Shown: positions 35,124 through 44,021 of the stretch, one piece after another
How the letters are laid out: each line of letters begins with the position of its first letter
Position numbering within the stretch: the stretch's first letter is position 1
Sequence record: MF360958.1
Strand: one strand, 5' to 3'
DNA: 64,000 bases
Notes under the pieces: generated by a model
Databases searched by the model: none
Told to the model about the DNA's origin: nothing
The model's input: the letters and a program-made list of their open reading frames with translations, nothing else
Translations under genes and position numbers: made by a program

Positions 35124-35479
35124 GAGCTATTATGGCAAATTATAATCCTGATCCTCAATGCAGTAATGATTTTGAACATCATACTAAAAAAGTGATGTCT
35201 AGTCTTACAGTTGAAGAACAAAAACATTGTATATCAGATAATTGGATTAATTATTTTATGATTAATGAACCTTGTGAAGAAGTTATATATCACTTTGTGG
35301 GACAATGTGAAATAGGCATTCAAACAATTGCTTATCCAGATAATGAAATGATTAAACATGCATTAGACCATAACTGGACTAAAAATGTGTACAATTGGGT
35401 TATAAATCATTATACTATTGATGATGACCTTCAGCGTTTTATTAATAAACTAAAAATTTCAAAAGGACCACCTTGTTAA
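35120..35479 (+). CDS. hypothetical protein
   Basis: Ends FINKLKISKG, weakly like the upstream paralogs. Confidence 0.6.
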   Translation: MRAIMANYNPDPQCSNDFEHHTKKVMSSLTVEEQKHCISDNWINYFMINEPCEEVIYHFVGQCEIGIQTIAYPDNEMIKHALDHNWTKNVYNWVINHYTIDDDLQRFINKLKISKGPPC

Positions 35480-35632
35480 GTTAAGTTCAGTTCAATTTAT
35501 TTTTAAAATTAAAATCATGGGTTAGGCTCAAAACCTAACCCGTACATAATATTACACAGTAAAGTTTAGTAGTGTTTAGCAAGAAGCGCCTATCCTCACC
35601 TTCGTTCGGACTCAATCGGCGCTTGATAGCGA

Positions 35633-36373
35633 TCACGTGATCAGTGTTAAGCAGGGACGCCAACCATAATAAGAATTGGAATAAGACGAGGTATCGGCAT
35701 CGAAGTAGGACAAGGAAGTGTGACCACGGCCAACACGTCTTAAAGTATTGTAACTAGGTGTTTCTTGACACCATGTACGTCTACCATCTCCACTACCCAC
35801 TACAATATCACTATCTGTATAATTTGCCCAATTATTGCCTTCTTGGTTAGTAGGTGTATCTTGATGAATACGATAAATTAGGTCATTCCATTCAGAACCT
35901 ACAGCTTCGGTTGGGTCATATCTTGAATTACTAGTTCCATCAGCAGCCCCTGAATCATACTCCCAACTGGTAGGATCATTACTAGCACCTTTTAGCAAAC
36001 GTACCTTAAAATTATAGCCTGATTTAGCTACCTCCGCATCATTCTCTCCACCATAGACCGCATCTACTGCATCAATATCATCCCAAGATAAATCATATCT
36101 ATAAGGTTTCTTAGCTACGTATAGGATATCTCCCTTATAAGCAAATTTTAGCCATGGTTCATTATCCCATTGAGCCGTTCCTGCTGTGAGATTGATTTCA
36201 CTAGCTAATTCAGGTCCAGTGAAAAGTTCGGAAGCTAGGACTTCTCCAAAAAATCCTGCTTGCATATCACCAGCTATCAGTTCAGTAGGGCCAATGCCTA
36301 GCTCAACTGAAGGGCTTGCTTTCTTTACTTTGGATTGGCCAGTTTGTTTTACATTATTCCACTTAATACTCAT
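35633..36373 (-). CDS. C-type-lectin-fold (Mtd/FGE-like) virion protein, candidate DGR target
   Basis: Start moved to MSIKWNN after AGGAGA; WLKF...LYVAKKP..LSWD, EWNDL, RRVGRG...GWRPCL C-terminus; TATAAATA at 36418-36425. Confidence 0.75.
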   Translation of the reverse strand: MSIKWNNVKQTGQSKVKKASPSVELGIGPTELIAGDMQAGFFGEVLASELFTGPELASEINLTAGTAQWDNEPWLKFAYKGDILYVAKKPYRYDLSWDDIDAVDAVYGGENDAEVAKSGYNFKVRLLKGASNDPTSWEYDSGAADGTSNSRYDPTEAVGSEWNDLIYRIHQDTPTNQEGNNWANYTDSDIVVGSGDGRRTWCQETPSYNTLRRVGRGHTSLSYFDADTSSYSNSYYGWRPCLTLIT

Positions 36374-36468
36374 TATAACTTTTCTCCTATAATATTCTTT
36401 AGTAATTATTCTAATAGTATTTATATAATTCATTCTCATAAATACTTAAAAATGATGGAGAAACGTAC

Positions 36469-38415
36469 ATGCCTTCTATGCGAGATTATATAAATCTTAT
36501 TGATTCATACTCAAAAAATCAAATACTATTAGAATCTTATAAAGACGCTCGTAAATCATTTCTAGATATAGAAAATGATGAAGCTGTAGTAGATGATTAC
36601 CTAAATCGCTTCAAAAATCTTTCCAAACAAAATAAAATCTCTGGACAAAATAAAGATATATCATACTGGATTAAACAAGGTTGGGAAGACTTTAAACAGT
36701 TTGTTGATGAGGCTGAAAAACAATATACAAAAACTCAAGTCAAAAAGCGTAAAGCTCATGATACATCCGATTCTATAACACTCATTTCAGGTAGTGAAGA
36801 TTCCAACATTGAAATCGTTGCTGTACCTTTAACAAAAAACGCAAGCTGTTTCTATGGTAAGGACACACAATGGTGTACTTCTGTTGTGAGTGAAGATAAT
36901 AGATTTGGTCACTATGTTGGATCAGGAAGTATTCTTGTTTATATTATAACAAAAGATGACAAAAAATATGCTCTAGTTTATGATATTATCAACAATAATA
37001 TTGAAGAACTTCGTAATTCTGAAGACAATCTCGTTAATTCTAATAAAGTTGAATCTAATACAGGTATTGAACCTGAATTGATTGTTAAACAACTTAAAAA
37101 ATATATGAATACGTTAGAAAAGGTTTCTAAAAAATATCGTACTACTGACGCCTATACGGCTTATCGTTATGCTAAGAAAACTGGAAAACGTTTTGAAGAA
37201 GGTGAGGATGTGATTTCTGAAGACACGATGATTTCATACTTTTATGCTAAAAACATTCTTAAAGATCGTTTTTATAAAGCAGAACTTAAAATGGGTCGTG
37301 GACAATTCGATGATGATACAGACGAGGTAAACAAATATATAACACGTTATATAGAAGAATTTCAACATAGCGGTGAACGCCTTAAACCTCTCGAAAATTA
37401 TATATTCTCTGTACAGACTAGTACCTCGCTAAAAGGCACGTATATTCAAAGACTCGATGGCGAGTCTATTGATGAAAACGAAGAATATATAATCGATCTT
37501 CTTCATAACGAAGAAAAAATGTCTTATACAAAGACTTTCTATTTATATCTTAATAATATCATAGAATCTAATTATTATGTTGAAAAACTTGAAAACTTTC
37601 TAAGTAAAATCAACGAGGCAGATTTAAAACCTATAATTGATTTACTGTCTGATATAAAAATCAATCCAAAAGCTACGACTGTTATATATAACTACATGAT
37701 TGAACATCATTCTGAATTTGTGAAAAATATGTCTAATGTTCAATTACTTAGAGCACTAGTAGAGTCGGAATATAAAGGGTCTATGAAAAAACTTCTAGAT
37801 TATATTGATTATGATCAAATATTTGAATCTGATAATATTGTTACAACCTTGCTTAGTCGGTTTATAAAAAATAATGGTTCAAAAGCAATTAAAGATCTTA
37901 AAAAATATATGAATGATGAAGATTGGATTTCATGGTTTAAAAAATCACCCATCTTTGAACATAGAAATATGCTTCAATTTATAGATGCGGATTTTCCTGT
38001 CAATGAAATCATTAGAAAAATTATAAACATAGAACGACAAAATAATAGAAATAATGTTCTAGAAGATTTTAATCCGTCCCAAGATGTTATTAATAAGATC
38101 AATGATGAAGTTCGTGATCTAATGATTGAACATAACGGTAAACTTATTAATCTTTTCGATGTGGATAATATTGATGAAGAATTGATGAATAAGAGCTTAG
38201 AAACTTATCCATACAATATTAAACATATAGATAATCCTACGGAACAGCAAATTGCTAAAGCTTTAAAGGGTGCTTTTGATTTGGATATCGAGTTTGAATT
38301 AAGAGAACACTTGGATAACATTTATATGACACTCATAAAGACTATTAATAATAATCATTCATTATCTAAGTATTATCGTTTTCTAGAAAATGAACTTGAA
38401 AAAGAACTGGAATAA
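36469..38415 (+). CDS. putative internal virion protein
   Basis: MRDYINLIDS..ILLES leader; ASCFYGKDTQWCT motif; CATAAATA at 36437. Confidence 0.6.
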   Translation: MPSMRDYINLIDSYSKNQILLESYKDARKSFLDIENDEAVVDDYLNRFKNLSKQNKISGQNKDISYWIKQGWEDFKQFVDEAEKQYTKTQVKKRKAHDTSDSITLISGSEDSNIEIVAVPLTKNASCFYGKDTQWCTSVVSEDNRFGHYVGSGSILVYIITKDDKKYALVYDIINNNIEELRNSEDNLVNSNKVESNTGIEPELIVKQLKKYMNTLEKVSKKYRTTDAYTAYRYAKKTGKRFEEGEDVISEDTMISYFYAKNILKDRFYKAELKMGRGQFDDDTDEVNKYITRYIEEFQHSGERLKPLENYIFSVQTSTSLKGTYIQRLDGESIDENEEYIIDLLHNEEKMSYTKTFYLYLNNIIESNYYVEKLENFLSKINEADLKPIIDLLSDIKINPKATTVIYNYMIEHHSEFVKNMSNVQLLRALVESEYKGSMKKLLDYIDYDQIFESDNIVTTLLSRFIKNNGSKAIKDLKKYMNDEDWISWFKKSPIFEHRNMLQFIDADFPVNEIIRKIINIERQNNRNNVLEDFNPSQDVINKINDEVRDLMIEHNGKLINLFDVDNIDEELMNKSLETYPYNIKHIDNPTEQQIAKALKGAFDLDIEFELREHLDNIYMTLIKTINNNHSLSKYYRFLENELEKELE

Positions 38416-38426
38416 TCCAGTTCCTT

Positions 38427-38927
38427 TTATTTTCCATCATGACATAATTGTTTAAATGATTCATTATTATCTTCAAAGAAGATATCATAATCAAAAAATA
38501 CCCAACCTTTATATTTTAAACCACGAGTAACATCATATTTAGGATTGTTTTCAACACAAATATACTTGCCTTTACGATTAATCTTTATAACAATAATATT
38601 AATATCATTCTTATCAGCTGGCTCTAAACATTGTTCAATCCATGTGTCAAGTAAAGGACAAGCATTACTGAATAATTGATGAAAATTAAACTCTTTATAA
38701 AACTTACATTCCATGTTCATAAATCCAAATACATCAGGAGGGGTAACGTCGCCTTTATGTGAACGTGTCTGTGTTTCTGTTAATGTGTCCTTTCGATAAG
38801 CATTAGCACCACCAACAAATGCTCCCGAACCAATTGTACGAACAAATGTTTCTCCATACCGTTGCGTTAAATCTTTTGCAATATCACGTTCTAAACTGCT
38901 TCCTTTTGATTTTTGTTTACTTGGCAT
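38427..38927 (-). CDS. Holliday junction resolvase (archaeal Hjc / T5 D14-like)
   Basis: SKQKSKGSSLERDIA, GD, MECKFYK. Confidence 0.8.
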   Translation of the reverse strand: MPSKQKSKGSSLERDIAKDLTQRYGETFVRTIGSGAFVGGANAYRKDTLTETQTRSHKGDVTPPDVFGFMNMECKFYKEFNFHQLFSNACPLLDTWIEQCLEPADKNDINIIVIKINRKGKYICVENNPKYDVTRGLKYKGWVFFDYDIFFEDNNESFKQLCHDGK

Positions 38928-38974
38928 ATGTTTTATCCTCTTATATGTCTTTATTGTATTTATAGTTTATACAA

Positions 38975-39072
38975 CCCCCTTGAAAAAATTTTAATAAGAA
39001 CCTATATAAAACAATGAAAGGTGATCAATGATACCTTTCATAACAATGATTTATTAACTGCCTAATAGGAGG
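38975..39072 (+). promoter_or_regulatory. sigma32-like promoter plus ROSE-like RNA thermometer of hsp20
   Basis: CCCCCTTGAAA(38975-38985)-N15-CCTATATA; 5' UTR hairpin GAAAGGT/ACCTTTC; CT-G(bulge)-CCT paired with SD AGGAG. Confidence 0.6.
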
Positions 39073-39079
39073 ATAAATT

Positions 39080-39601
39080 ATGAAAAGTATGTTTCCAACT
39101 AATACACGTCCAACACTTTTTGATGAACTATTCAATTTAAACACAAGTGGTTTTTTTGAAAACAGTCCTATGACTACATCATTACTTAGTAATGAAAATG
39201 ATAATTTTCCACCAGTGGATATAACCAGTCTTGATAATAATAATAACTATTATATACGTCTTTCTGTAGCTGGTTATAATAAAGATGAAATTGATATTTC
39301 AATTAATGAAAATAATCAATATGCAAAAGTGAAAAGTTTAACAGTTGAAGCGTCTAAAACAGTTGATGAGAATGGTGAAAAAATAAGCTCTAACGATAAA
39401 GATTGGAATGAACATATTAATAATAAAGATGTAAAATTCTTTAAGAGGGGAATTGCCAATAGAAACTTTACACAAAATTTTATGATTAGTAAAGATGATG
39501 AAGTTGAAAATTGTAAGCTTGATAATGGTATCCTTCTGATAAAGATGAAACGTACTATTCCAGAAAATAAAGATAATGTTAAACGTATTGAAATATCGTA
39601 A
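39080..39601 (+). CDS. hsp20: small heat shock protein (Hsp20/IbpA family)
   Basis: FPPVDI, VAGYNKDEI, RGIA.RNF...F, LDNGILLI, C-terminal RIEI. Confidence 0.93.
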   Translation: MKSMFPTNTRPTLFDELFNLNTSGFFENSPMTTSLLSNENDNFPPVDITSLDNNNNYYIRLSVAGYNKDEIDISINENNQYAKVKSLTVEASKTVDENGEKISSNDKDWNEHINNKDVKFFKRGIANRNFTQNFMISKDDEVENCKLDNGILLIKMKRTIPENKDNVKRIEIS

Positions 39602-39612
39602 TAAATATTAAC

Positions 39613-39640
39613 AAAAAGGGAGCTTATAGCTCCCTTTTTT
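39613..39640 (+). terminator. intrinsic terminator
   Basis: AAAAAGGGAGCT/AGCTCCCTTTTT. Confidence 0.85.
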
Positions 39641-39697
39641 TATGTTTATGGAAAACATAAATAATAGTAATTATATATTCATAGGAGTTAAAGATAT

Positions 39698-42600
39698 ATG
39701 GCAGATTTAAATCGGGGAACTACCATAGGCGGTAAAAAGATTATTCATCAAGGAATTGCTGACCAACATTTTCATCATATAGATAATATAATTGACATAG
39801 GTTCAGCAGCATATACAGATACTGGTAAAGGTGGCGGTTTATATGCGGATACTATTAGTGGTAAACACTATAGTGATTTAAAAAATGATTTTATAGAATT
39901 ATCAGAAAACAATTCTATAAAATCGTTAATATTAAACGATAATCCTAATGAAAATGATGATGCCGTTAATCTTGATTATTTAGAAGAATTAAGTAATAAG
40001 TATAATACATCATCAATGCTTAATTTGACATTTATCGGGGATTTAACAAATACTATTCAATATACTATTCATAATAATCATGAATTTACATTAGAACGTT
40101 TAAATATAATGGTTAAAGGTAAAGGTTATATTGTTAAAAAATCTGATTATAATATTCTTAATGTAGAACCACGATTTAAAGATAATAATAAAATACATAT
40201 ATTTTTAAGTTTTAATAAATCTAATGAAGAATGGTCATATAAATTCTCTACAGAATTACATGATAATAGTTCAGATTTTATTTACATTGGTACTATAATT
40301 ACTAATAATAATGGTATAAATGATATAAACTTTATCACTGATGATCAAAGAATAGGTTTTGATCATTATTTAATTAATAATGATCAAAAACCATATAGTT
40401 TAATAACAGCAAACTCAGATGGAAAAATTGATTCAAAATATTATCCTTCCAATCATAGTGCAAAAACTACTATAAAAGGACCAGATAAACTATTAGTAGG
40501 TAGAATAAACCTTTATGAAGTAACAAATTATAATAATTTTTCTGGATACTATACAAATATCTCCAAAGGACATAGTTATATGGATGGAGATGTTATACAA
40601 GTTAAAGCTCCTGATAATCTCAATGCTCAAAATATAATCCTATATATTACAAGAGATTCATATACAGTAGAATATGAACTCGGTATAAAACAGGGTTACG
40701 ATGAAATACTATTAGATGGTCCTGATCCTGTTAAATCAGATAATACCTATGAATACACTATAAAAAATTATAATCCTCATATACTTTATAGTGTATCATC
40801 CGATTTGGGTAATGTTCGTATTGAAAATGATAAAGTCATATTAGAAACACCTGATGAAAAAAATACTGAACACGATACTATTACTATTACTATTACAGAT
40901 GGCTGGGTGACCACGGATCTTACTGTAGATTATCTTTATGATGAAATTATATTAAACGGTCCCAATCCGGTTAGATCTAATAATACCTATGAATATACCA
41001 TAGAAAATTATGATTCTAAAAAAACTTATCAAGTATCTTCAAATATTGGAAATGTTTCTGTAAGTGGTGATAAAGTTATATTAAAAACAACAGATAATTA
41101 TACAAAAGATCAAACATTAACAATCAATATAAATGATGGTAGAATATTCTCAGAACATAAAATTGATTACTTATATAATAAGATTATATTGGATGGTCCA
41201 AAAACATTACATCCCGGACAAACTTATAATTATAAAATAGATAATTATTTTTCAGGAAAGAACTATAGTGTAACGACAAATAAAGGAAGCGCATCTATAA
41301 ATGGCGATAATTTAACATTAAATTTATCTAATGTTAAATCAGAAGGCACCGTCAAACTTACAATAACAGACGGCACTATAATTTCTAATTATAATAGTAT
41401 ATCTTCTGATTATAATTTTGAAGTGAAAACAATTGATTATGATGAAATATTATTAGATGGTCCTGATCCTGTCGAATCAGGTAATACTTATGAATACACA
41501 ATTACCAACTATGCATCAATTAAAGATTATAATGCATCAAGCGATTTAGGCCAAGCTTCTGTAAACGGTGATAAAGTCATATTAAAAACACCCGGTAGTA
41601 ATGATTACGAACAAGATTTAACTATAAGTATAAACGATGGAGATGTATTCTCCAATCATAAAGTTACGTATCTTTATGATCGTATCCTATTAGATGGTCC
41701 CGATCCTGTACAAACAGGAGGAAGTTATCAATATACAATAACGAATTATGTTTCAAATAAAAACTATACAGCTACTAGTGATAAAGGTAATGTTTCTGTT
41801 AGTGGTGATAGTTTAACATTAGATTTATCTAATGTTAATTCTACAGGCGAAGTAACAATTACAGTTTCTGATGGACGTATTTCTACCCCACATACATTTA
41901 CTATTTCAAACAAATCCATAGAGTTAGATAGTAATTTATATATTGCAGATGGTTCAATAGTAAAACGTTTAGATAGTGATGCCCAAGAATTATGGTCCTA
42001 TAATACAACAACTCATGTACACGATATAGCAGTAGATGATGAAGGAAGTGTATATACAGCTAATAAAAAGGCAGTTACAAAAATTGACAAAAATGGTAAT
42101 AAGATGTGGACTAATGATGATTTTTTTCAAGACGTATATGGTATTGACGTAGATTCAAATAAAAATGTTTATGCAGGTGGTGGTTCTACTAGTGGATATC
42201 CAGAAGACATGAAATTACATAAAATAAATCCATCTGGAGGAACAATTTGGAAGGTACAATATGATGATCGCCCAATAGAAAGTGTTAGTATTGATCCTAC
42301 AGATGATAATAAAATTTATACATGTAATTATAATGATCACTTGTTCAGAATAGATTCAAATGGAAGTAAAATATGGGAAGATAATAACGTAGGCTGGGGG
42401 CGTTTCGCAAAAGTTGATAATAGTGGAAACATATATTTAAGTGGTGCAGGTGGAATACAAAAATTTAATAGTAATGGAGATACACTTTGGGAATGGTATC
42501 CTAGTCAGATATATGACTTAGATTTTGATGAAAATAACAATGTTTATTTAGGATATACAGATCAGAACCAATTTTCTGATTCCACATATAATCTCGCAAA

Positions 42601-42814
42601 ATTGGGCCCTAATGGAAATATTATATGGGAAAATCTAAAAAAAGATATAAGCTTTGGAGATCCGATAATAGCTACTTCAGTAAGTAAAAGCGGCAATACT
42701 ATATGGTTTACAAGAGAAGATGATTATTTGAAATCTGCGGATTCTAATGGTGATTTGAATTTTTCAACGTCACATAGTACAAATTACCGTTGCCTTATTT
42801 TATTTAAAAAATAG
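39698..42814 (+). CDS. tail fibre/adhesin with about six 80-aa Ig-like repeats and a C-terminal beta-propeller
   Basis: MADLNRGTTIGG..I.H tail-fibre-type N-terminus; ILLDGP.PV...Y.YTI.NY repeats; D..G...W blades. Confidence 0.75.
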   Translation: MADLNRGTTIGGKKIIHQGIADQHFHHIDNIIDIGSAAYTDTGKGGGLYADTISGKHYSDLKNDFIELSENNSIKSLILNDNPNENDDAVNLDYLEELSNKYNTSSMLNLTFIGDLTNTIQYTIHNNHEFTLERLNIMVKGKGYIVKKSDYNILNVEPRFKDNNKIHIFLSFNKSNEEWSYKFSTELHDNSSDFIYIGTIITNNNGINDINFITDDQRIGFDHYLINNDQKPYSLITANSDGKIDSKYYPSNHSAKTTIKGPDKLLVGRINLYEVTNYNNFSGYYTNISKGHSYMDGDVIQVKAPDNLNAQNIILYITRDSYTVEYELGIKQGYDEILLDGPDPVKSDNTYEYTIKNYNPHILYSVSSDLGNVRIENDKVILETPDEKNTEHDTITITITDGWVTTDLTVDYLYDEIILNGPNPVRSNNTYEYTIENYDSKKTYQVSSNIGNVSVSGDKVILKTTDNYTKDQTLTININDGRIFSEHKIDYLYNKIILDGPKTLHPGQTYNYKIDNYFSGKNYSVTTNKGSASINGDNLTLNLSNVKSEGTVKLTITDGTIISNYNSISSDYNFEVKTIDYDEILLDGPDPVESGNTYEYTITNYASIKDYNASSDLGQASVNGDKVILKTPGSNDYEQDLTISINDGDVFSNHKVTYLYDRILLDGPDPVQTGGSYQYTITNYVSNKNYTATSDKGNVSVSGDSLTLDLSNVNSTGEVTITVSDGRISTPHTFTISNKSIELDSNLYIADGSIVKRLDSDAQELWSYNTTTHVHDIAVDDEGSVYTANKKAVTKIDKNGNKMWTNDDFFQDVYGIDVDSNKNVYAGGGSTSGYPEDMKLHKINPSGGTIWKVQYDDRPIESVSIDPTDDNKIYTCNYNDHLFRIDSNGSKIWEDNNVGWGRFAKVDNSGNIYLSGAGGIQKFNSNGDTLWEWYPSQIYDLDFDENNNVYLGYTDQNQFSDSTYNLAKLGPNGNIIWENLKKDISFGDPIIATSVSKSGNTIWFTREDDYLKSADSNGDLNFSTSHSTNYRCLILFKK

Positions 42815-42875
42815 TATTTACTAATTTTTTGTACAATGATATAATACTTTCAGTTAATATTATTAGGAGATTATC

Positions 42876-43139
42876 ATGGAACTTCTTAATGCTGCAAACT
42901 TTGGAACACTAAGCCAATTTATTATATTCATATATTGTTTTATGTTTTTATTATTATTGTTTATGAAAGAACAATTTTATATGGCATTTGAAATAGAAAC
43001 ACAACAAAATATAAACTATAATAGATTTATTAAAGCATATATCATATTTTTTATATTTTCTCCTATTATAATCATAGCGTTTACTATTTCAAATCTTTAT
43101 TATATGTTTCATATTGTTCTTTTTGGATATGAACCTTAG
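42876..43139 (+). CDS. small membrane protein
   Basis: AGGAG RBS; two hydrophobic helices. Confidence 0.6.
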   Translation: MELLNAANFGTLSQFIIFIYCFMFLLLLFMKEQFYMAFEIETQQNINYNRFIKAYIIFFIFSPIIIIAFTISNLYYMFHIVLFGYEP

Positions 43140-43304
43140 CTTTATTTAATAAAAATGGTGATAGGAATGATTCTTATTTGTTACATTCAGTTACAAAAAA
43201 TGATTTTGAAATGATTGCATAAATCGAAAAAATTTTATAAGATAATAATTGTTGTCGAGGCGAAAAGCCAAGCAAGTAAACCAAACTAATTAGGAGAAAT
43301 TGTT

Positions 43305-43634
43305 ATGAGTGAACAAACACAAATCCAAGAGCAAGAAACAGAACAAACAGAAACTCAAATGGAAACTACTGAAACTACGTCGGTACAACATAAAGGTAAT
43401 CCGGGCCGTCCTCTTAGCGAAGGGGCTCAAAAAGCCCAAGATGAAGCGATCAATCTGGCTGAAGCAGGGGAGCGATTTACAGCAGATCAAATTCAGGAAG
43501 CAAGTGGTGCTTCTAAAGCTGTAGTGCGAAATCGTCTAAATGTGCTTGTGAAACAAGGTGTTCTTCAACAGTCCAAAGGAGAACAGCGTAAAGAAAGCCG
43601 TGGTCGTCCAAGCAGTGTTTTTGAAAAAGCATAA
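43305..43634 (+). CDS. winged-helix DNA-binding protein with GRP (AT-hook-like) motifs
   Basis: FTADQIQEASGASKAVVRNRLNVLVKQGVL HTH; NPGRP and RGRPS. Confidence 0.7.
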   Translation: MSEQTQIQEQETEQTETQMETTETTSVQHKGNPGRPLSEGAQKAQDEAINLAEAGERFTADQIQEASGASKAVVRNRLNVLVKQGVLQQSKGEQRKESRGRPSSVFEKA

Positions 43635-43659
43635 AAAATTTTGAATAAAGATGGAATCT

Positions 43660-43690
43660 AAAAAGGGCTACCATCTGGTAGCCCTTTTTT
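43660..43690. terminator. bidirectional intrinsic terminator between convergent genes
   Basis: AAAAAGGGCTACCA/TGGTAGCCCTTTTT. Confidence 0.85.
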
Positions 43691-44018
43691 ATGGTTCATA
43701 AAAATAATGTATGTCTTCTTCAGGATTGTATAAAACATATACATCATTTTTTTTATTGTATATAAGTACAGAATTATCATCTAAAGAAGGAACATAATTT
43801 AATAATTTATCTGCATAATCTATTAAGTTTTTGCTTTTATCATTTAATGCTTCTTCTATATCAGTTTCATCTATGATTCCTAAATCTTCAATTGATAAAA
43901 GTTGACCATGGCAATATTCCATTGTATCTTCGTCAAAACTATCAACACAATTTCCTACATAATAATATTTATTTTCAGCATTTTCTATTAGTTGTTTATA
44001 ATGTTTTATATTATTCAT
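43689..44018 (-). CDS. small acidic protein with virion-type leader
   Basis: MNNIKHYKQLIENAE...YVGNCVDSFD. Confidence 0.6.
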   Translation of the reverse strand: MNNIKHYKQLIENAENKYYYVGNCVDSFDEDTMEYCHGQLLSIEDLGIIDETDIEEALNDKSKNLIDYADKLLNYVPSLDDNSVLIYNKKNDVYVLYNPEEDIHYFYEP

Positions 44019-44021
44019 TTG

